20,000 nt of DNA, from IMG/VR virus record IMGVR_UViG_3300043409_001074; one strand, written 5' to 3'. Below, one piece after another: positions 7,352 through 16,151 of the stretch (position 1 is the first letter of the stretch; each line of letters opens with the position of its first letter). Made by a program: the position numbers and the translations under genes. Source of the stretch: an uncultured virus (IMG/VR IMGVR_UViG_3300043409_001074) (lineage: Duplodnaviria; Heunggongvirae; Uroviricota; Caudoviricetes). Under the pieces are notes generated by a model. The model made no database searches, was not told the origin of the DNA, and was given only the letters and a program-made list of their open reading frames with translations.

Positions 7352-8698
7352 TTATTTTCTCCTAGCTACGTCTAAAAATTGTTTAAATGATGATCGCATT
7401 AATTTCGCGGTCTGTGCTTTTTCAAATGCACTTAACCCATTATAATATCTTAATGCTAATTTTGCTAATGCAGGAGAAATATTCATAGTAGTTTTATTCT
7501 CAAAATTAAACGGCACTTCAACATCATTTTGAGATGCTTTTTGTAATGCTTTAACTATTCTAACACTAGATGCGATTTTGCCTGTATGTGTGGCATTACC
7601 TTCCGATTCACTTAATGCATCAAAATCAATTTCTTCTTCCTCGTTAACTGTAGGGGAAATTTCTTTCATTCTATTCTTAATTCGATCAACTGCACTTTCT
7701 TTTTCTTTTTTAAGTGGTTCTGCAACAGCCGGAGTATTACCTTTAACTAAATCAAGAGAAATACTATTTAAATCATCGGCAGACAATTCAGGTTTAGATA
7801 CTGGTTTAGCAACTGGTTTAGCAACTGGTTTAGCAACTGGTTTAGCAGCAGGCATTCTGCTATTACTAGATGATCCATCGGGCATTGTTGGTTTATCAGC
7901 AGGCATTCTGCTATTACTAGATGATCCATCGGGCATTGTTGGTTTATCAGCAGGCGTAATAGGATCAGATGCTTTAGCTGTATCTTTACTTAGTAATAAT
8001 GGAGCAGCTAAAATTGATGGGATTGCAGCTTTCTTAACAATTGAACCGGCAATTTTAGGTGGTTCTTTAAATACTGATCCGTCAATATCAATTCCAGGTT
8101 TATTGGTCTGCGGCGATCTCACGACTGATCTTGGAGGAAGAACTTCGCCTTTATTAACATATGGATCAACAGCCCTATTGCCTTGAACTGCCGGCAAATT
8201 GGATTTTGGAGTAGGTGGAGATACATCAGGTAAATTACTATCATTAGCAGGAGATAAACTATCCATTTTTCTAGTTAATGATTTTCCTGGTGCTGGTGTT
8301 CCTGGGAGTTTAATATTAGGAACATCTGGGGTAGCATCTCTAGCTACAGATGGGGATGGTGTGGATGGTGGGGATGGTGGTTTAGTTGGAGTAACTTTTG
8401 GTGCAACACCTTTAAGTCTATCCGCAGCTTTTTGTGCAAGAAATTTTGCAACATTAAAAACTGTCTCCACACGACCTTCTGGAATTAATTCTTCTCCAAC
8501 TATATCAGATACTTCTTTTTTAGTTGTAACTAAATCATCATCTTTATCGTCTTTATCTGAAACTTTTTTATGTTTAGTTTTATACTTAGATTTATCTTTA
8601 GATTTATTTTCATCTAAAGATTCTCTATTAAAAATACTTCTTACAATATCCATTTCTGCATCAGAAACGCCTAATTTACCTTGTAATGTTACTGACAT
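7352..8698 (-). CDS. Low-complexity Pro/Lys-rich hypothetical protein with internal repeats (probably late/virion-associated)
   Basis: Long ORF; likely start ATG 8698 with GGAG at 8705-8708 (track start TTG 8710); PADKPTMPDGSSSNSRM x2 and AKPV x4. Confidence 0.75.
   Translation of the reverse strand: MSVTLQGKLGVSDAEMDIVRSIFNRESLDENKSKDKSKYKTKHKKVSDKDDKDDDLVTTKKEVSDIVGEELIPEGRVETVFNVAKFLAQKAADRLKGVAPKVTPTKPPSPPSTPSPSVARDATPDVPNIKLPGTPAPGKSLTRKMDSLSPANDSNLPDVSPPTPKSNLPAVQGNRAVDPYVNKGEVLPPRSVVRSPQTNKPGIDIDGSVFKEPPKIAGSIVKKAAIPSILAAPLLLSKDTAKASDPITPADKPTMPDGSSSNSRMPADKPTMPDGSSSNSRMPAAKPVAKPVAKPVAKPVSKPELSADDLNSISLDLVKGNTPAVAEPLKKEKESAVDRIKNRMKEISPTVNEEEEIDFDALSESEGNATHTGKIASSVRIVKALQKASQNDVEVPFNFENKTTMNISPALAKLALRYYNGLSAFEKAQTAKLMRSSFKQFLDVARRK
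7800..7955. repeat. In-frame tandem repeats: 4 x 12 bp plus about 2.1 x 51 bp
   Basis: actggtttagca x4 (7800-7847); exact 51-bp unit starting at 7846 and 7897, partial third copy at 7948. Confidence 0.92.
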
Positions 8699-8737
8699 AC
8701 CATACTCCAAATTACATTTATTTATTCTTTTATATAT

Positions 8738-8745
8738 TATTTATG
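8738..8745 (-). promoter_or_regulatory. Candidate late promoter (CATAAATA) for the structural/holin block
   Basis: One mismatch to TATAAATA, intergenic, about 40 nt upstream of the first putative late gene; the AT-rich background weakens the call. Confidence 0.45.
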
Positions 8746-8764
8746 TAATTTGGATTGTCTTTAT

Positions 8765-9184
8765 TTACAAATAATTATACTCATTATTATCACAGGTATA
8801 AACGACCTTCCGAATATCATAAGTAGCGATAGCCTTAATACAGCCGCTACAAGGCCGACTGAGGCCCCAAACTAATTTCCGCTCCATTGTATCATGATGC
8901 TTCACGCGGCAGACGTAGAGCGTAGATTTGGCCACTTCCTCTAGTGATACGAGACGTAGGGCATTCCTCAGGCAATCCGTTTCAGCATGAAGGTAAATGC
9001 TCTCAATATTTCTAGAAAATTTTGCCTGAAATGGATGTGACTTCATTTGATTTACGCCGATGGCGACAATATCGTTCTTATAAACAAGACAAGCCGCCAA
9101 CCTTGCACGATTAGCGGACTCAGAATTAATTGCAATTGCGATCTTTTCCAAATAGGAAAGATACTTATGTTCACGCGACTTCAT
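8765..9184 (-). CDS. Zn-dependent cytidine/dCMP deaminase family protein
   Basis: HAE (YLHAETD) and PCxxC (SRPCSGC) motifs, IVAIGVN. Confidence 0.85.
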   Translation of the reverse strand: MKSREHKYLSYLEKIAIAINSESANRARLAACLVYKNDIVAIGVNQMKSHPFQAKFSRNIESIYLHAETDCLRNALRLVSLEEVAKSTLYVCRVKHHDTMERKLVWGLSRPCSGCIKAIATYDIRKVVYTCDNNEYNYL

Positions 9185-9195
9185 TTTATAAAATC

Positions 9196-9708
9196 CTATA
9201 TGGTCACTTTGGTTATATTAGCATATATCTCAGCATAGTCAAGTTTAAAGACTGATTGATTCAACCTATAGTCTTTCCTGAGCATGTTGAAGATTGAAAC
9301 TTCATATCCATTAGCTTCAATTTCCCAGGGAAGTAACCAATATTCATCTTTGTCTATATTATATAAATTATTATTCCATATAAACTGAGAATTCTCATCC
9401 AGGTCCACCAACTCTTTTTTAAAAAATTGTTTTACATGGACCATTTCATGAATGATCGTTTGTGTTAATATTTTTTTATTCTTAATGTATGTTATGTAAA
9501 TTTTACATTTCTTAGGATCGTAATTATTATCATCCCAGGAGGTTTCTGCATATATCTTAGATTCGATTTCATCCACGAATACTAATTTTACTGAATGTTC
9601 TGGGGATTTTAATATTTCTGGCATTGTAATTAATAAAGTATATTCCATAATAAATTTGACATATTTCGTCATAATTCTGCTTTCAGAATTTTCCACTATA
9701 AATTTCAT
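9196..9708 (-). CDS. HExxH zinc metallopeptidase-like protein
   Basis: TIIHEMVHVKQ and downstream PWEIEA motif. Confidence 0.75.
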   Translation of the reverse strand: MKFIVENSESRIMTKYVKFIMEYTLLITMPEILKSPEHSVKLVFVDEIESKIYAETSWDDNNYDPKKCKIYITYIKNKKILTQTIIHEMVHVKQFFKKELVDLDENSQFIWNNNLYNIDKDEYWLLPWEIEANGYEVSIFNMLRKDYRLNQSVFKLDYAEIYANITKVTI

Positions 9709-9761
9709 TGATGTTCACCTAAAATAATTTCTGTAGTAAATAGAAAATTTGTTTTTTATGC

Positions 9762-9790
9762 TTGACAAATACGATTTTTATTGACATACT
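9762..9790 (+). promoter_or_regulatory. Sigma70-type promoter at the divergence point
   Basis: TTGACA (9762-9767), 17 nt, CATACT (9785-9790) preceded by TG (extended -10); a second TTGACA overlaps at 9781-9786. Confidence 0.65.
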
Positions 9791-9852
9791 AAGGATGTCC
9801 GAAACAGATAATATATATTATATAGTTAATAACAGGGAGAATAAAAATTATT

Positions 9853-10263
9853 ATGAGATTAAGTATATCTGAGATTTTGAAAAAAGCCGATGAGATTGAT
9901 GAGTCTGCTGCTAGGATTGAATTTATTAGAAAAGAACGTAGCACGGCATTGGAGACGGTTTTACAATATTGTTATCATCCGAGTGTGAAATGGTTATTAC
10001 CAAAAGGTCCAGCACCATTCAAACCATCTGACTTTCCTGATGCTCATGGTATGTTGTATTCAGAAGCCAGAAAATTATATTTGTTTGTTGAAGGTGGGAA
10101 TAATAATCTTACTAAAATTAAAAGAGAACAGATTTTCATTAATATGCTAGAAAGTATTGACAAGGATGATGCTGCTCTGCTAGTATCAATTAAGGATGGC
10201 GTTATGCCATATCGACGTATAACCAAAAAATTTGTAGAAAAGGCGTTTCCTGGTTTAGTATGA
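9853..10263 (+). CDS. Conserved hypothetical T4-like phage protein
   Basis: ISEIL...WLLPKGPAPFKP...LYSEARKLYLFVEGGN...KREQIFINMLES..DA.LL..IKD...V.KAFPGL pattern, typical upstream of phoH in large T4-like phages. Confidence 0.8.
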   Translation: MRLSISEILKKADEIDESAARIEFIRKERSTALETVLQYCYHPSVKWLLPKGPAPFKPSDFPDAHGMLYSEARKLYLFVEGGNNNLTKIKREQIFINMLESIDKDDAALLVSIKDGVMPYRRITKKFVEKAFPGLV

Positions 10264-10454
10264 GCAAGACATTCAAAAAAAATAGAACTAAGTTCGATGA
10301 TGATTATCTAGATTATAATGATGAATCAAATCGTAATAAGGATAAACAGAAGTGGAAGATTGAACGTAGAAAACAATCTCGTAGAGATAATATGATATCA
10401 GATAAATTTGATGATAGTGAAGGTGATAATAACAATGAAAAAGATTACATTTAA
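10260..10454 (+). CDS. Small highly charged hypothetical protein
   Basis: ATG overlaps the upstream stop; MSKTFKK start, D/K/R-rich. Confidence 0.6.
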   Translation: MSKTFKKNRTKFDDDYLDYNDESNRNKDKQKWKIERRKQSRRDNMISDKFDDSEGDNNNEKDYI

Positions 10455-10740
10455 TGAAAACCCAACTATCATTAATTCTGGTGTCTTATATGATCATATT
10501 GATTTTTGCAGTAATATACCTGTAGGAAAATATACTCTAAGAATTATTAATTGTTATGTCGGAATAGGCATGAGTGATAGATACTTTCAGGAATCATTTA
10601 TAGAGATATATTTGGGAGAAGAAAATGTAACAAAATCACTTCTTAGGAAATGGGCATATGAGAATGAGTCTATTTTTCCAATTTCCGCCACGTCAGAAAA
10701 TCTTAGAGATATTTTAAATCTATTACATAGCATTGGATAA
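10435..10740 (+). CDS. Hypothetical protein
   Basis: ORF in the operon; ATG 10435 preferred (AGGTGA SD at 10421-10426). Confidence 0.6.
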   Translation: MKKITFNENPTIINSGVLYDHIDFCSNIPVGKYTLRIINCYVGIGMSDRYFQESFIEIYLGEENVTKSLLRKWAYENESIFPISATSENLRDILNLLHSIG

Positions 10741-10742
10741 AA

Positions 10743-10982
10743 ATGCCAAATTACACATTTACAGACACAAAGACAAATGAACAATTCTTAGAATTCATGT
10801 CTATGTCTGAGAAAGACGAATTTTTAAAAAACAATCCTCATATTTTACAAACATTAATTACTCCAATTGGATTAGTTGATTCAGTTAGAATTGGAGTAAA
10901 AAAGCCAGATAATGGTTTCCGGGATGTTCTGAAAAAAATTAAAAAGGCTAATCCATTAGCAAAGGGAATTAATATTCATTAA
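10743..10982 (+). CDS. Conserved small phage protein (FmdB-like MPxYxF N-terminus, lacking Cys)
   Basis: MPNYTFTDTKTNE...MSMSE.DEFLKNNPHI.Q...KPDNGFRDVLKKIK..NP. Confidence 0.75.
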   Translation: MPNYTFTDTKTNEQFLEFMSMSEKDEFLKNNPHILQTLITPIGLVDSVRIGVKKPDNGFRDVLKKIKKANPLAKGINIH

Positions 10983-11008
10983 TCATACAAGACGAAAGGA
11001 TATGTTGT

Positions 11009-11740
11009 ATGGCATTATCTGCTACTAAAAAAATCAGAAAAAGATCAAGAGTAGATTTAGAAGAACAGGAACAATTCAAGTTAAAAACTAAGGAAATAAA
11101 ACCATTAACCCTTTCGCAAGAAGATGCATTTGACTATTATGATGATGGAAATCATTTAGTTTTTCATGGTATAGCAGGAACAGGCAAAACCTTTATATCA
11201 TTATATTTGGCAATCAATGATATATTAGATGAAAAAAGTAAATATGATAAAATTCTGATTGTCAGATCAGTTGTGCCGTCTAGAGATATTGGATATCTCC
11301 CTGGAAATATTAAAGATAAAATTTCCATTTATGAATTGCCCTATGAAAATATTTGTAATGAACTATTCACAATGAGAAATTCATATGCATATCTAAAAAG
11401 TAAAAATAAACTAGAATTCCAGTCTACATCATTTATTCGTGGATTGACCTTCGATAATACAATTATCATTATTGATGAAATGCAGAATATGACATCAATG
11501 GAATTACATTCAATTCTCACTAGGATTGGCAAAAATAGTAAATTTATTATGTGTGGTGATTATCGTCAGAATGATTTATTGGATAAAAAACATGGACAAT
11601 CATCAGGATTAAATGAAATTTTAAAAGTATTAGAAATAGTTAAATCGGTTAAGATAGTTGATTTTGGTATTGATGATATTGTCAGATCAGGATTTGTTAA
11701 AGAATATATTATAGCAAGAGATAAACTTGGATTATCATAA
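11009..11740 (+). CDS. phoH: PhoH-family ATPase
   Basis: Walker A GIAGTGKT, RDIGYLPG, FIRGLTFDN, IDEMQN, TRIG, GDYRQ, DDIVRSGFVKEY. Confidence 0.95.
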   Translation: MALSATKKIRKRSRVDLEEQEQFKLKTKEIKPLTLSQEDAFDYYDDGNHLVFHGIAGTGKTFISLYLAINDILDEKSKYDKILIVRSVVPSRDIGYLPGNIKDKISIYELPYENICNELFTMRNSYAYLKSKNKLEFQSTSFIRGLTFDNTIIIIDEMQNMTSMELHSILTRIGKNSKFIMCGDYRQNDLLDKKHGQSSGLNEILKVLEIVKSVKIVDFGIDDIVRSGFVKEYIIARDKLGLS

Positions 11741-12434
11741 TAGAAAAAAATTCAATTTCATAACTGATTTTGATCAATCTAAATTAGATGTAGTAAGCTC
11801 TATTGATACTGATATTGGTAGAGTTTATTCAAATCCAATCACCGGGGAAAAATATCCATCTGTAACTACAGTTATGTCATTTCTTGCAAGACCAGGAATT
11901 GAAAAATGGAAAAAATCAGTTGGCGAAGAAGAGTCATCAAAAGTCATGTATCGAGCCTCTAATAGAGGAACTGCTATTCATGATTCATGTGAACGATATA
12001 TTTTAGGGGAAGAAACTTATATTGATAATAATGATTATGTTCTTCATCAGAACTTTCAGGACATAAAGAAAGTTCTTGACAATAAGGTGGATAACATATA
12101 TGCTCTGGAAAGATCGTTATACAGCAACTTTCTCGGATTAGCCGGAAAAACTGATTGTATAGCAGAATATGATAGGAAACGTTCTATCATAGATTTTAAG
12201 ACATCCCGTAAGATTAAACAAAAAAAATATATTACGGGATATCTTATGCAGGCAACAGCATATAGTATTATGTTTGAGGAATTGACAGGTATTGGAGTTC
12301 CACAAATTGTTATTATAATAAGTGTGGATAATGAGGGGCCATCAGTTTTTATTGAAAAACGTGATAATTATGTTGATGAATTATTAGATACAATTAAGAA
12401 ATATAAAAAAGCACATGGAGATATTAGTGAGTAA
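11727..12434 (+). CDS. PD-(D/E)XK exonuclease
   Basis: YPSVTTV, RGTAIH, AGKTDCIAEY, IIDFKTS, Q..AY motifs; start codon uncertain. Confidence 0.88.
   Translation: MDYHNRKKFNFITDFDQSKLDVVSSIDTDIGRVYSNPITGEKYPSVTTVMSFLARPGIEKWKKSVGEEESSKVMYRASNRGTAIHDSCERYILGEETYIDNNDYVLHQNFQDIKKVLDNKVDNIYALERSLYSNFLGLAGKTDCIAEYDRKRSIIDFKTSRKIKQKKYITGYLMQATAYSIMFEELTGIGVPQIVIIISVDNEGPSVFIEKRDNYVDELLDTIKKYKKAHGDISE
12076..12104 (+). promoter_or_regulatory. Candidate internal sigma70-type promoter upstream of gp33-gp59-gp32
   Basis: TTGACA (12076-12081), 17 nt, TATGCT (12099-12104) inside the exonuclease gene. Confidence 0.5.
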
Positions 12435-12633
12435 TAATATTACAGCAAATACACATCTAATTAATATTAGAGAAATTTCAATGAATAGTTCAATTTTATT
12501 GATTGATGCAGTTCAACATTATGTAGAATATAATGGGCTTGATCCATATTTTGTAGCTGATATAGTTCATTCAGATAGAGAATTTTTATCAGAAATACAA
12601 AAGGAAGCAAAATCTCTTAATCTATTAAAGTAA
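12415..12633 (+). CDS. gp33: gp33-like late transcription coactivator
   Basis: IDAVQHYVEYNGLD...IQKEAKSLNLLK pattern and position before gp59-gp32; the true start may be GTG 12427 after GGAG. Confidence 0.65.
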   Translation: MEILVSNNITANTHLINIREISMNSSILLIDAVQHYVEYNGLDPYFVADIVHSDREFLSEIQKEAKSLNLLK

Positions 12634-12638
12634 CAGGT

Positions 12639-13214
12639 ATGACTGATTATGATGCATATTGCATGTTTTCAAGTATGAAAATGCATTTTAATAATAAAGA
12701 ATATGATTATTTTAAATATAATGGAAGATTAAAAATTACTCATGCATTATATGAAAATAATCCTTACAAATTACTTTTCAATAGACTATCAAAGAAACCC
12801 GATCCCAAAAATCTAATATTATCTAATCTATTAGTCAATAAAAAAATATGGGTTACTGATTGTCTATCTAATGAAGGCGAGACAATTAGAAAAAATTGGG
12901 ATAAGATCAATCAATCATTAACATATAATTATAAGAAAGATTTATTGAATCTTAATGATAATTTCAATGACAATTTTATAATTGCGAATGATAATCAATA
13001 TCCATTGATAGTTAATCTTTTAAACCATAAAAAAATCACATTGGAGACATTTATTATATTAGATAAGCTAGTAAATTTTCTTCCAAGGATTAATAAGTTG
13101 ATAAAAGATACTATCATTTGGCCAGAACTTTATTTCAAGATTCTCAAGTATTCTCCCTTTATTCAGGTAGATCGGGAGATATATAGGAAGGTAACTGTAG
13201 ATACTTTCAGTTAG
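12639..13214 (+). CDS. gp59: gp59-like helicase loader
   Basis: KMHF...YDYFKYNG, ITLETFIILD, IIWP...KILKYSPF; directly upstream of gp32. Confidence 0.88.
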   Translation: MTDYDAYCMFSSMKMHFNNKEYDYFKYNGRLKITHALYENNPYKLLFNRLSKKPDPKNLILSNLLVNKKIWVTDCLSNEGETIRKNWDKINQSLTYNYKKDLLNLNDNFNDNFIIANDNQYPLIVNLLNHKKITLETFIILDKLVNFLPRINKLIKDTIIWPELYFKILKYSPFIQVDREIYRKVTVDTFS

Positions 13215-13263
13215 ACTAAACAGACTATACAACATACAATAGATATAATAAGGATATAAAAAT

Positions 13264-14169
13264 ATGGTAGATTTCGCTACATTAAAAAACAATAGATCAA
13301 AATCTATTGAGAGTTTAACCGAAGAGTTAAACAAAATCAATACAAAATATCAAAATGATGATGACAAATACTGGCAACCAACTGTTGATAAAGTAGGTAA
13401 TGGTCAAGCTATTATTCGTTTTCTTCCACCACCAGGGGATGAAAAGTCACCATTCATTAGATATTGGGAACATGGGTTTAAAGGTCCCGGTGGTTGGTAT
13501 ATTGAAAAATCATTAACTACATTGGGTGAGAATGATCCATGTGCGGAGTATAATAATACATTATGGGAATCTGGTAAAGAAACTGATAAGAAAATTGCTC
13601 GTGATCAAAAACGTAAACTATATTATGTTAGTAACATTTATGTGGTAAGTGATCCTGCAAATCCAGATAATGATGGTAAAGTATTCCTATTCAAATATGG
13701 TAAAAAAATCTTTGATAAGATTACTGACCAAATGAATCCAGCATTTGAAGGTGATGCTAAAATCAATCCCTTTGATCTATGGGATGGATGTAATTTCAGA
13801 TTACGTATTCGGAAAGTTGAAGGATACCGTAATTATGAAAAATCTGATTTTGCGGGCCAAGCTCCATTATTAGAAGATGATGATGAAATGAAAGTTGTTT
13901 GGGAATCAGAACATCCTCTACAGCCAATCATTGCACCTGATAAGTTTAAAACCTATGATGCATTAAAAGCCAGACTTGATAAAGTATTAAAAATTAATAC
14001 TACAACAAAATCTGGCCCATCTGATAGTGAAAAATCAGATAGTTCATCTAAGTTTAAATCTACTAAATCATCTCCACCATGGGAATCTAGTAATCCAGAT
14101 GACGATGATGATAATGAAGATACTACTAATTTCTTCAAAAAGCTCCGTGATGGGGATGATGAGGATTAA
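13264..14169 (+). CDS. gp32: gp32 single-stranded DNA-binding protein
   Basis: DKVGNGQAIIRFLP, HGFKGPGGWYIE, GKVFLFKYGKKIFDKI, NPFDLWDGCNFRLRIRKVEGYRNY, acidic tail. Confidence 0.96.
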   Translation: MVDFATLKNNRSKSIESLTEELNKINTKYQNDDDKYWQPTVDKVGNGQAIIRFLPPPGDEKSPFIRYWEHGFKGPGGWYIEKSLTTLGENDPCAEYNNTLWESGKETDKKIARDQKRKLYYVSNIYVVSDPANPDNDGKVFLFKYGKKIFDKITDQMNPAFEGDAKINPFDLWDGCNFRLRIRKVEGYRNYEKSDFAGQAPLLEDDDEMKVVWESEHPLQPIIAPDKFKTYDALKARLDKVLKINTTTKSGPSDSEKSDSSSKFKSTKSSPPWESSNPDDDDDNEDTTNFFKKLRDGDDED

Positions 14170-14177
14170 TACTGAAA

Positions 14178-14825
14178 ATGTATGTAGTAGGTTCATTTAA
14201 TAACGAATATATGGATGAAATGGCTAATGTTACCGATTCTACAAAAATAGAATATGGTAACATCCATGGATATAAAGTATATTTAAAAAAGGATAACTGG
14301 CGAAGTTCTGATATGGGTTTCGCCAGAATTCATTATGTGAAAGAAGTGTTTGAATTATTCCCAGAAACAGAATGGCTATTTTTAGTTGATTGTGATGCAA
14401 TCATAACTAATTATAAGATTAGAATAGAAGATATGGTTGACAACAACTATCATCTGATCTATACTGTCTATCATAATGGGTTTAATGTTGGAAATGCATT
14501 ATTTCGTAATAGCCCAGAAGGTAGGGATTATATTAATTATATCCTCTCATTAGAGGAACAATATTTACCTAATCCCTGGAAAGAACAACAAGCTATTATT
14601 GATAATTATGAAAGATATAAGAATATCATTAAGGTTGTTCCTGCCAGATTTATGAATAGTCTTCAACGTCAGGTGTATGATAGGAATCAACTTCCAACTG
14701 AAATTGATCTATTAGGACATAATATGTTATGGCAACCGGGAGATTGGGCGTTACATTGGCCGGGTGCGGATCATAAAGGTCGAATTGAACAAGCTAAGGT
14801 TATGTTAAATAATATTGTGAGGTAA
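14178..14825 (+). CDS. GT-A fold glycosyltransferase (GT34 / GMA12-MNN10-like)
   Basis: EWLFLVDCDAIITN (DxD), GFNVGNALFRNS, WKEQQAI, WQPGDWALHWPG. Confidence 0.82.
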   Translation: MYVVGSFNNEYMDEMANVTDSTKIEYGNIHGYKVYLKKDNWRSSDMGFARIHYVKEVFELFPETEWLFLVDCDAIITNYKIRIEDMVDNNYHLIYTVYHNGFNVGNALFRNSPEGRDYINYILSLEEQYLPNPWKEQQAIIDNYERYKNIIKVVPARFMNSLQRQVYDRNQLPTEIDLLGHNMLWQPGDWALHWPGADHKGRIEQAKVMLNNIVR

Positions 14826-14828
14826 ATT

Positions 14829-16151
14829 GTGCAAGAAATACTTAAGTTAGTATCTGATTATGTTCTTGATGATGAAAAAAACAAAGTATGGAAAGAAGGT
14901 GATCAGATCAATTATTCTGGCCCCTTCTTTAATGAAAAAGAATATGTTGCAGGAGTGAAATCATTACTTGATGGGTGGTTAGGTTTAGGAAAAGCAGGTT
15001 CTCATTTTGAATCTATGTTTCCTAAACAACTAGGTAAAAAATTTGGCATTCTAACAAATAGTGGATCATCTGCTAATTTATTAATGTATTCTGCATTGAA
15101 AAGTAGACGGTTATATAATCTACCAGAAGGAACGAAAATCCTAACACCAGTTGCGGGATTTCCAACAACCATTAATCCAATTATTCAATTAGGGTTCACA
15201 CCAGTATTTGTCGATATTGAATTGGATACTTTAAATCTAGATTTAGATGCATGTGAAAAGATAATTCAACACGATCATGACATTAAAGTATTATCATTTG
15301 CCCACGTATTAGGCAATCCTCCTAATATGGAAAGAGTAATGTATCTTGTTGATAAGTATAAACTAATTTTATTAGAAGATTGCTGTGATGCATTAGGATC
15401 AACCTATAATGGAAAATTATTAGGTAGTTTTGGGCAAATGGCAACTTGTAGTTTCTATCCTGCCCATCATATTACAATGGGAGAAGGTGGGTTCGTGGCA
15501 ACTAACTCTACTGATGAACACACTGTATTAAAATCATTTCGTGATTGGGGTAGAGGATGTTATTGCCAGGGATCGGCAGCTAATAATTTAAAATGTGGAA
15601 CTTGTGGTAAGAGATTTTCAAATTGGATGCCAGAAATGCCCAATGAAATTTTTGACCACAAATACATCTATGATGAAATTGGATATAATCTAAAACCAAT
15701 TGAATTACAGGCTGCTATTGGTCTAGAACAATTGAAGAAATTAAGCCAAATAATTTCTTGTAGAAGGAGGAATTATTTTGGAATGTATAGTATGTATTTC
15801 CCTTATGGAAAGTATTTTATTTTACCTGAATCTACTGATTATTCTATTCCTTCATGGTTTGCATTCCCATTAACTATCACACCTGATGCTCCATTTACTA
15901 GAGAAGAAATAGTAAATCATATGGAGAATAATGGAATTCAGACAAGACCTTATTTTGGTGGAAATATTCTATTACAACCTGGATATATTGATATTGCAAA
16001 AAAATACTCTAATAATCCAGTAGCAGAATTTCCAAATGCAACATATACTACTGGAAATACATTTTTTCATGGGGTATCTCCTAACCTAACTGATGAACAA
16101 ATGGATTATATTAAGAAAACATTAAATAAGTTTATGGAGAAATATTCATGA
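14829..16151 (+). CDS. rfbH: CDP-4-keto-6-deoxy-glucose 3-dehydrase (E1, DdhC/RfbH family)
   Basis: NSGSSANLL, AGFPTTINPI, AHVLGNP, EDCCDALGS, SFYPAHHITMGEGG (His where aminotransferases have Lys), RDWGRGCYC...CG.RF, DHKY, GYNLK. Confidence 0.9.
   Translation: MQEILKLVSDYVLDDEKNKVWKEGDQINYSGPFFNEKEYVAGVKSLLDGWLGLGKAGSHFESMFPKQLGKKFGILTNSGSSANLLMYSALKSRRLYNLPEGTKILTPVAGFPTTINPIIQLGFTPVFVDIELDTLNLDLDACEKIIQHDHDIKVLSFAHVLGNPPNMERVMYLVDKYKLILLEDCCDALGSTYNGKLLGSFGQMATCSFYPAHHITMGEGGFVATNSTDEHTVLKSFRDWGRGCYCQGSAANNLKCGTCGKRFSNWMPEMPNEIFDHKYIYDEIGYNLKPIELQAAIGLEQLKKLSQIISCRRRNYFGMYSMYFPYGKYFILPESTDYSIPSWFAFPLTITPDAPFTREEIVNHMENNGIQTRPYFGGNILLQPGYIDIAKKYSNNPVAEFPNATYTTGNTFFHGVSPNLTDEQMDYIKKTLNKFMEKYS

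Noticed and set aside
7578..8774. Plus-strand ORFs 7578..8186 and 8199..8774
   Set aside because: Antisense shadows of the low-complexity minus-strand gene, with no motifs or clear RBS.
11727..12434. Exonuclease as Cas4 / CRISPR-associated
   Set aside because: No four-Cys Fe-S motif, no array or other cas genes; phoH-exonuclease-gp33-gp59-gp32 is ordinary T4-like synteny.
1727..14138. Short track ORFs nested in or antisense to recognised genes (1727, 2122, 3437, 5087, 7254, 9047, 10044, 10587, 11341, 13068, 13953)
   Set aside because: They overlap well-supported genes and show no recognisable motifs.
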